Origin: an uncultured Pseudomonadota bacterium
Lineage (GTDB): Bacteria > Oederibacteriota > Muellerivitia > Muellerivitales > Muellerivitaceae
Direction of reading: 5' to 3'
Length of the DNA: 64,000 bases
NCBI GenBank assembly: GCA_963836235.1
Contig: CAWIIP010000002.1
Span: forward strand, 1,760,001-1,824,000
Made by a program: the position numbers and the translations under genes. The notes beneath the pieces were generated by a model. It made no database searches. It saw only the letters and a program-made list of their open reading frames with translations, and had not been told where the DNA came from. Shown here piece after piece: positions 58,261-64,000 of the stretch. Position 1 is the stretch's first letter, and each line of letters opens with the position of its first letter.

Positions 58261-59337
58261 ATGACAACCGCGATTTTGGAAGAAAAAAAGACAGTCGTTA
58301 TGAAAGCCTTGGTCTACCACGGCGCCGGAAGAAAGGCTTGGGAAGATAAACCCAAGGCCTCCCTCCAACTGCCGACGGACGCGGTCGTGCGGATCACCAC
58401 CTCCACCCTCTGTGGAACGGACCTTCACATTATGAAAGGGGACCTCCCCCTGGTCACGGACGGACGGATTCTCGGCCATGAAGGGGTCGGCATCGTCGAG
58501 GAAACGGGAACAGGCGTCACCCGTTTTAAGAAGGGGGACAAGGTGATCATCTCCTGCGTCACCGCCTGTGGGAAATGCGACAACTGCAAGAAAAGCATGT
58601 ACTCCCATTGCCGCGACGGCGGATGGATTTTGGGCTACCTGATCGACGGCACCCAGGCTCAATATGTCCGGATTCCCCACGCCGACAACAGCCTGTACCT
58701 GGCCCCGGAGGGCCTGGACGAAGAGTCCTTGACGATGCTTTCGGATATCTTTCCAACCGGTTTTGAGTGCGGCGTTTTGAACGGCCAAGTGAAACCGGGC
58801 GACACCGTGGCCATCGTGGGTTCCGGCCCCATCGGGCTTGCCGCGCTCCTGACCGCGCAGTTTTATTCGCCCGCCGAAATCATCATGATCGACATGGACG
58901 ACAACCGCCTCCAGACGGCGAAGGCTTTCGGGGCGACCCGAACCGTTAACAGCGCCGACGGCAAGGCGGCGGAAAAAGTGATGGCGATGACCGGGGGCGA
59001 GGGCGTGGACGTGGCCATTGAGGCGGTGGGCGCGCCGTCGTCCTTTGATACCTGCCAATCCATCATCGCCGCCGGCGGGCGAATCGCGAACATCGGGGTG
59101 CACGGCAAGCCGGTGGAACTGCACCTGGAAAAGCTGTGGGACCGCAACATGACCCTGACCACCCGTTTGGTGGACACGGTTACCACGCCCATGCTGCTGA
59201 AGGTATTGCGGTCCGGGAAGCTGGACGCAAAGAAGCTGGTTACCCACCGGTTCGCGCTATCGGACGTGATGAAGGCCTATGACACCTTCGGTAACGCAGC
59301 CAAGGAAAAGGCCTTGAAGGTGATCCTGACGGCTTGA
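58261..59337 (+). CDS. Zinc-dependent alcohol dehydrogenase (MDR, FDH-like subfamily)
   Basis: CGTDLH, GHEGVG, CGKCDNC..C, SDIFPTG, GSGPIG. Confidence 0.93.
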   Translation: MTTAILEEKKTVVMKALVYHGAGRKAWEDKPKASLQLPTDAVVRITTSTLCGTDLHIMKGDLPLVTDGRILGHEGVGIVEETGTGVTRFKKGDKVIISCVTACGKCDNCKKSMYSHCRDGGWILGYLIDGTQAQYVRIPHADNSLYLAPEGLDEESLTMLSDIFPTGFECGVLNGQVKPGDTVAIVGSGPIGLAALLTAQFYSPAEIIMIDMDDNRLQTAKAFGATRTVNSADGKAAEKVMAMTGGEGVDVAIEAVGAPSSFDTCQSIIAAGGRIANIGVHGKPVELHLEKLWDRNMTLTTRLVDTVTTPMLLKVLRSGKLDAKKLVTHRFALSDVMKAYDTFGNAAKEKALKVILTA

Positions 59338-59411
59338 ATCACGGGTGGCGGGTTGAAGTTGGCGGTGAAATGGTTTTTTGTTCGAGGTTCTAAATAAGAA
59401 AAGGGGATTTT

Positions 59412-59621
59412 ATGGATCAATTCAAAATGCGGCAAAACGTCGGGAATTGCAAAACCAACAAGGTGGGGACAATCGCGTCCGAGTCCCTCAAGGGGGCCGG
59501 CGGCGATTTTACCGGGTTCCTCGTGCGGCTGAAAAACAAGAGTTTTGAGATTTGGGACGAGTCCACCCTGGTCCTGCTTCCCAACCGTCTGGGCCGAAAC
59601 ATCCGCTCCGCCCGGGTTTAA
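59412..59621 (+). CDS. Small hypothetical protein (intact paralog of 54838..55073)
   Basis: AAGGGG RBS; conserved with the frameshifted copy. Confidence 0.7.
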   Translation: MDQFKMRQNVGNCKTNKVGTIASESLKGAGGDFTGFLVRLKNKSFEIWDESTLVLLPNRLGRNIRSARV

Positions 59622-59684
59622 GCGATCCCGGATGAACGTCGATCGAACGCGTAGAAAATTTGGAATTTGACAGGAGGCTGTTTT

Positions 59685-59975
59685 ATGGGCGAGCAAAGGG
59701 AAGCTTATATTGAAAAGTTCAAATCGAAGCTGGACGAGTGGAATTCGGAAATCGACAAGTTGCAGGCCAAGGCCAAGGGCGCGCATGACATTGCCCGGGT
59801 TTCGTACGACAAACAAATCGAGGAGCTGAAGGCCAAACGGGACGATCTGAAGTTGAAGATGTCCAACCTCCACACCCGGGGCGAAGTCGCCTGGGAAGAT
59901 TTGCGGGATGGGATCGGGACGGCTTGGAAAAACCTGGGTGATTCGATCGAGGAAGCCAAATCCAGGTTCAAGTAG
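59685..59975 (+). CDS. Coiled-coil stress protein (sll1863-like)
   Basis: AGGAGG RBS; 'AYIEK....LDEW..EIDKL.AKA....AWEDL..G...AW..L' pattern. Confidence 0.8.
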   Translation: MGEQREAYIEKFKSKLDEWNSEIDKLQAKAKGAHDIARVSYDKQIEELKAKRDDLKLKMSNLHTRGEVAWEDLRDGIGTAWKNLGDSIEEAKSRFK

Positions 59976-60018
59976 AGGAAGTGGTAGGGCAGTTAAAATT
60001 CAGTCAAAGGAACGCAAA

Positions 60019-60618
60019 ATGAAAAATAAAAATTTGATTTGGTTGATGGTTTCCATCTTGTTCGCCGGATTCGCCGGGATCGCCCGGGCGGATGACGACG
60101 CTCGTGTTATCTGCAAATTGGGACAAAACTCGGCGAAGGACCACTTGAGAGACGCTTCACTCTACTTGTCCTTCAAAGGCGCCAAGGCCCAAAGCCTGCC
60201 CGCTACTCCCTCGGGAGAGGAGACGCGGTTCTACTCCAAGGTTTGGGACGGGATCTACCTGCAAGTCACCACTGAAACGGGTGAAAAGGGCACCACGGGT
60301 TACATGTTCACTTTTTCAAAGGATGAGGGGAACCAGGATAACCTGACGGCGAAGGAATCCAAGGACGCTCCCACCCTGCGGGAAGTCTCCGCCGCGGATT
60401 TTCGAAGCGATGATAATTTCTCCGCCCGCCCCCTGAAGCCGGGTCCCGGAACGCCGGAAGATCGGGGCGCCTTGAGGGTCATCCATTACGACGGTTTTGA
60501 CGTGGAAATCCGGGTGCTGGAATTCAACATCGGCGACGCCGCGATGAAGGAAAAACCTTACTTCAAGTCCCTCTCCTGCCTAGTGACGGTGACGGAAACA
60601 GAGCCGACGAAAGAATGA
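60019..60618 (+). CDS. Hypothetical exported protein
   Basis: Signal peptide ending ARA-D; AAAGGA RBS. Confidence 0.7.
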   Translation: MKNKNLIWLMVSILFAGFAGIARADDDARVICKLGQNSAKDHLRDASLYLSFKGAKAQSLPATPSGEETRFYSKVWDGIYLQVTTETGEKGTTGYMFTFSKDEGNQDNLTAKESKDAPTLREVSAADFRSDDNFSARPLKPGPGTPEDRGALRVIHYDGFDVEIRVLEFNIGDAAMKEKPYFKSLSCLVTVTETEPTKE

Positions 60619-60644
60619 AGCGGCTTTCCGGGGCGGTGATTTAA

Positions 60645-63026
60645 ATGACTGATCCGGCCATTTCGGCATCCGAAGGCTTGCGGGATATTGTCACGACCGA
60701 CCTCAAGAATGATTTGGTCAAGGCTTTGAGGGATTCGGAGGAACATTTCCGGGCCCTCGTGAGCCTGCTGCCCGTCTGCCTGATGGTCTGCCGGGGGGGA
60801 AAAATCATTTATGCCAACCCCCGGCTGGTTCAATTGCTTGGTTATCCCAATGCCGAAGAAGTGACCGGCCAGCCAACCCTGTCCCTGATCCATCCTGATT
60901 TCCACGAAAAAATCAAAAACCGCGTCAAAAATCTTTCCGATGAGGGAGGGCTTGCCAACCCGGTGATGGAACTGAAGATTAAAAATAAAAAAGGGGAGTG
61001 GGTTGACGTCGAAGGGGAATCTATCTCTGTGATCCACCAGGGCGTGCCCGCGATCATGGTTTTCTTCCGCGACATCCAGGAGCGGAAGAAGTCCAATGAA
61101 ACCCGGCGAAACTCCGAGGAGAATTTTAAGGCCATCATCCAGCAGATACCGGACGGAATCTTCATCGAGAATCCAGAACGTATCCTTTTCGTCAGCCAGA
61201 GCGTCGTGCGGATGCTGGGTTACGAAAGGGAAGAGGAGTTGGTGGGCCATCCGCCCCTGGCTTTCGTCCATCCCGACTACCATCCCGTCCTCCAGAAACG
61301 TATCGCGAGGATTTACGGCAAGGAAGGGGTCAATCCGCTCGTTGAAACCGAATGGCTCAAGAAAGACGGCAGCCGGTTGGCGGTGGAAGCCTCCAGCATT
61401 TCAGTCCTCTATGAAGGCCAACCGGCGGTCATGGCGGTGTTGCGGGATACCGCCCCCCGAAAAAAAGCCGAGGAAATCCTGCGAAAGTCCGAGGAGAATT
61501 TCAGGTCGATCATCCAGCAAATGCCGGACGGCGTCCTGATCGTTGACCGGGAAAGGGTCTTGTTCGCGAACCAAACCTTCGCCGGTCTTTTGGGCTACGC
61601 CGCCGCGGAAGAACTGGTGGGCCGTCCGAAGTTTGATTTCATTCATGCTGATTACCATTCCATCGTCGGGAACCGGATCGACCGGATCATCGGGAAGGGA
61701 GGGGTCAATCCCCTCTTGGAATTGAAAATGCTCAGCCGGGGTGGGGAAGCCGTGGATTTCGAGTCGTCTAGCATCTCCATCCAGTTTGAGGGGAAACCGG
61801 CGGTTATGGCGGTCCTGCGGGATATCACCTTGCAAAAGCAAATGGAAAACAACGCGGTCCTCAACGAGAAACTGGCCACGGTGGGAACCTTGGCGGCGGG
61901 TATCGCCCACGAGATCAACAACCCCCTTACCTACGTCCTGGCCAACCTGGTCTTCCTGCGGGAAAACTTGGATGAATTAAAACACCAGATGGAGGAGAAG
62001 GGCCATGCGGATGGGGCCTACCCGAAGATATTCAAGGAAATGCAGGAGGAACTGGCCGAAACCCGGCATGGCGGGGAAAGAATCCGGGACATCGTCCGGG
62101 GATTGAAATCCTTTGTGCGTTCGGACGAGGACGAAGTGGCGCCGGTCGACCTGAACCAAACGGTCGATTCGGCCATCAACATGACCTTTCATGAGTTCAA
62201 GCACAAAGCCCGGGTGGAGAAGGATTTTGCCCTGCACCTTCCGCCTTTAACAGCCAACGCCGGAAAGCTTCAGCAGGTTTTCATCAATTTATTGATCAAC
62301 GCCGCCCAGGCCATGGGGGGCAACGACCCGGCGGAAAATAAGGTCCACATCCGCACGGGACAAAAGGACGGAAGCCTTTTCGCCGAGTTCACTGACACGG
62401 GCAAAGGGATACCCGAAAATATCCTGCCCCGCATTTTCGACCCCTTTTTCACCACCAAACCCACCGGCGTGGGGACGGGTCTAGGCCTTCCCATCTGCGA
62501 TAAGATCGTGAAGTTTTATAAGGGGACAATCGAGGTTCAAAGCTGGCCCGATCACGGCACCACCTTCACGGTGCGCCTGCCGCTGGAGAACGGCTTCCAG
62601 GCCGCGACGGCTACTTTCCAACCGCCACCCCTCCCGGAGCGCTGCCGGATTTTGATCGTGGATGACGAGCCCGGCAACCTCGAGGTTTTGAACCGGGTAC
62701 TGCGAAAGAAGAACGACGTCCTGTCCGCCCTGACCGGGTTGGACGCGCTGGCCATCCTGGAAAGGGAGGGGGGAAAGGTGGACGCCATCGTGAGCGACCT
62801 CAACATGCCGGACATGAACGGGATAAACCTCTATAAAGTCGTGTCCCAGAAATTCCCCGGGCTGGAAAAAAGGTTCGTTTTCATCACGGGGGGCCTCTAT
62901 ACGGAAGAAGCGAGAAACTTCCTCAAAACGGTTCCCAACCCCTTCCTGGAAAAGCCCTTCGAGTTTGAGGACCTTCTGAAGGCCCTAACCCCCTGGACTG
63001 GCGTTTCCCCGAAGGATTCGAAATGA
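60645..63026 (+). CDS. PAS x3 hybrid sensor histidine kinase with REC
   Basis: Three similar PAS repeats (HPDF/HPDY/HADY..NPL), [33 protein letters not shown]. Confidence 0.95.
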   Translation: MTDPAISASEGLRDIVTTDLKNDLVKALRDSEEHFRALVSLLPVCLMVCRGGKIIYANPRLVQLLGYPNAEEVTGQPTLSLIHPDFHEKIKNRVKNLSDEGGLANPVMELKIKNKKGEWVDVEGESISVIHQGVPAIMVFFRDIQERKKSNETRRNSEENFKAIIQQIPDGIFIENPERILFVSQSVVRMLGYEREEELVGHPPLAFVHPDYHPVLQKRIARIYGKEGVNPLVETEWLKKDGSRLAVEASSISVLYEGQPAVMAVLRDTAPRKKAEEILRKSEENFRSIIQQMPDGVLIVDRERVLFANQTFAGLLGYAAAEELVGRPKFDFIHADYHSIVGNRIDRIIGKGGVNPLLELKMLSRGGEAVDFESSSISIQFEGKPAVMAVLRDITLQKQMENNAVLNEKLATVGTLAAGIAHEINNPLTYVLANLVFLRENLDELKHQMEEKGHADGAYPKIFKEMQEELAETRHGGERIRDIVRGLKSFVRSDEDEVAPVDLNQTVDSAINMTFHEFKHKARVEKDFALHLPPLTANAGKLQQVFINLLINAAQAMGGNDPAENKVHIRTGQKDGSLFAEFTDTGKGIPENILPRIFDPFFTTKPTGVGTGLGLPICDKIVKFYKGTIEVQSWPDHGTTFTVRLPLENGFQAATATFQPPPLPERCRILIVDDEPGNLEVLNRVLRKKNDVLSALTGLDALAILEREGGKVDAIVSDLNMPDMNGINLYKVVSQKFPGLEKRFVFITGGLYTEEARNFLKTVPNPFLEKPFEFEDLLKALTPWTGVSPKDSK

Positions 63027-63238
63027 CGACGAACGATAAACATCAACATCCGGAGGATATGGAGCAGCCGAGCGACGATTCGCGAGATCCCTATTGGCGG
63101 CGGGCGCGCCATGACTGGTGGTTCCTCATCTTGGTGGTCCTGATACTGGCGGCCATCGCGGCCTATGTGTTGAACCTGGACCTGTCCATGATGCCCCGCG
63201 GTGAGGCGTTTCCACTGTTGGACCTCGGTGCCAAATAA
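63023..63238 (+). CDS. Small single-TM protein (PYWRRA..DW family), copy 1
   Basis: ATGA coupling to the kinase; paralog of 63751..63975. Confidence 0.75.
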   Translation: MTTNDKHQHPEDMEQPSDDSRDPYWRRARHDWWFLILVVLILAAIAAYVLNLDLSMMPRGEAFPLLDLGAK

Positions 63239-63296
63239 TGGAAAAACATCCGCCGCAAGCCGTCCCAAAGGATTGTTCTTCCCGGAAAGGAAAAAA

Positions 63297-63476
63297 ATGA
63301 AACTCATTCGCAAGCCGGGCCGCCTAGGCGTTCGCGGCAACCAAAAGGGCCAGTCGACCACCTATGCCGTCGTCCTCGGTTTTTTGATCTCGGTCGGGCT
63401 GTTTGTGGCGGTCAAGTATTTTCACGACCGGGACAACGGCCTCACCATTCACCTGCCGAAAGTGGAAGTGCATTAA
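63297..63476 (+). CDS. Small single-TM protein with a prepilin (class III signal)-like N-terminus
   Basis: AAGGA RBS; basic leader, NQKG|QS, then a hydrophobic helix. Confidence 0.6.
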   Translation: MKLIRKPGRLGVRGNQKGQSTTYAVVLGFLISVGLFVAVKYFHDRDNGLTIHLPKVEVH

Positions 63477-63525
63477 CGGGATTCGGCTTTTGAACCGTTA
63501 TTAAAAAACAGAAGGAGAGTGGAAT

Positions 63526-63699
63526 ATGTTTTCAGGCTTATTGGGTTTATTGATTTTCATCGGCGATATTTACGCCATTATCGCGATTCTCAAGAGTGGG
63601 ATTAGCACGGGCGCGAAGGCTTTGTGGTGCCTCTTGGTCCTAGTGCTGCCCGTTTTGGGGCTGATCATCTGGTATTTCGCGGGCCCCCGGATGCGGTAG
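63526..63699 (+). CDS. PLDc N-terminal-domain small membrane protein (57 aa, below the ORF-track cutoff)
   Basis: AAGGAG RBS; MFSGLLGLLIFIGDIYAIIAILKSGISTGAKALWCLLVLVLPVLGLIIWYFAGPRMR; paralog of 55070..55282. Confidence 0.8.
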   Translation: MFSGLLGLLIFIGDIYAIIAILKSGISTGAKALWCLLVLVLPVLGLIIWYFAGPRMR

Positions 63700-63750
63700 G
63701 GCTGGTTTAGGGATGGACCAACTTGGGTTTCAACGGAAAGAGACGGCACT

Positions 63751-63975
63751 ATGACAAAGCATAAGTACGAGCATCAACACACGCGTTACCCCCAACCGGA
63801 AGTCAGCGAGGTCCGCACCCCCTATTGGCGGCGGGCGCACCGGGACTGGCGCTTCCTGGCCGTGGTCTTCCTGATGCTGGTGGCCATGGGGGTCTATGTG
63901 GCCACCCTGAATCTGTCTTTAAGGCCTCATGGCCAGGGACAAGGGCTTCCCCTGGTGGATACCGACGCCAAATAG
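63751..63975 (+). CDS. Small single-TM protein (PYWRRA..DW family), copy 2
   Basis: HQH..PYWRRAHRDWRFL..YV..L.LS..P.G..PL.D..AK matches copy 1. Confidence 0.75.
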   Translation: MTKHKYEHQHTRYPQPEVSEVRTPYWRRAHRDWRFLAVVFLMLVAMGVYVATLNLSLRPHGQGQGLPLVDTDAK

Positions 63976-64000
63976 GGGGCGGTGGAGATCAAATAAAAAA

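Overview
Bacterial chromosomal window with about 75 protein genes. I found no rRNA, tRNA, CRISPR array or transposase. Bases 1-45 kb are mostly housekeeping and envelope genes: a membrane-fused Mrr-type nuclease, an exported bactofilin-like protein, cyclophilin, a secreted S53 protease with a Thr/Pro stalk, a MutT-DUF309 fusion, queG, mtnB/mtnD, moeB, galK plus a nucleotidyltransferase, bcp, icd, mdh, aconitase, cysC, tandem YfhO-like proteins, tandem PilZ paralogs, a GH5 hydrolase and copZ/copA. Outer-membrane barrel proteins point to a diderm cell. Bases ~45.9-64 kb look like an accessory sigma54 regulon: an XylR_N/V4R enhancer-binding protein, three copies of a paired ATCA-N3-TGA operator and five correctly spaced -24/-12 promoters. 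These precede pirin, PAS hybrid kinase, rhodanese, SOD, rubredoxin-like, YceI, porin, Zn-ADH and several duplicated microprotein genes. The most notable sequence-level oddities are (1) a 114-bp palindromic in-frame insertion with a TAT duplication inside queG, (2) a microprotein gene whose similarity to its paralog continues only after a -1 shift at a T_TTA_AAG slippery heptamer, and (3) a 131-bp fold-back element with a near-perfect 8-bp flanking direct repeat that contains the apparent icd promoter. All family assignments come from motif recognition by eye; no database searches were run.
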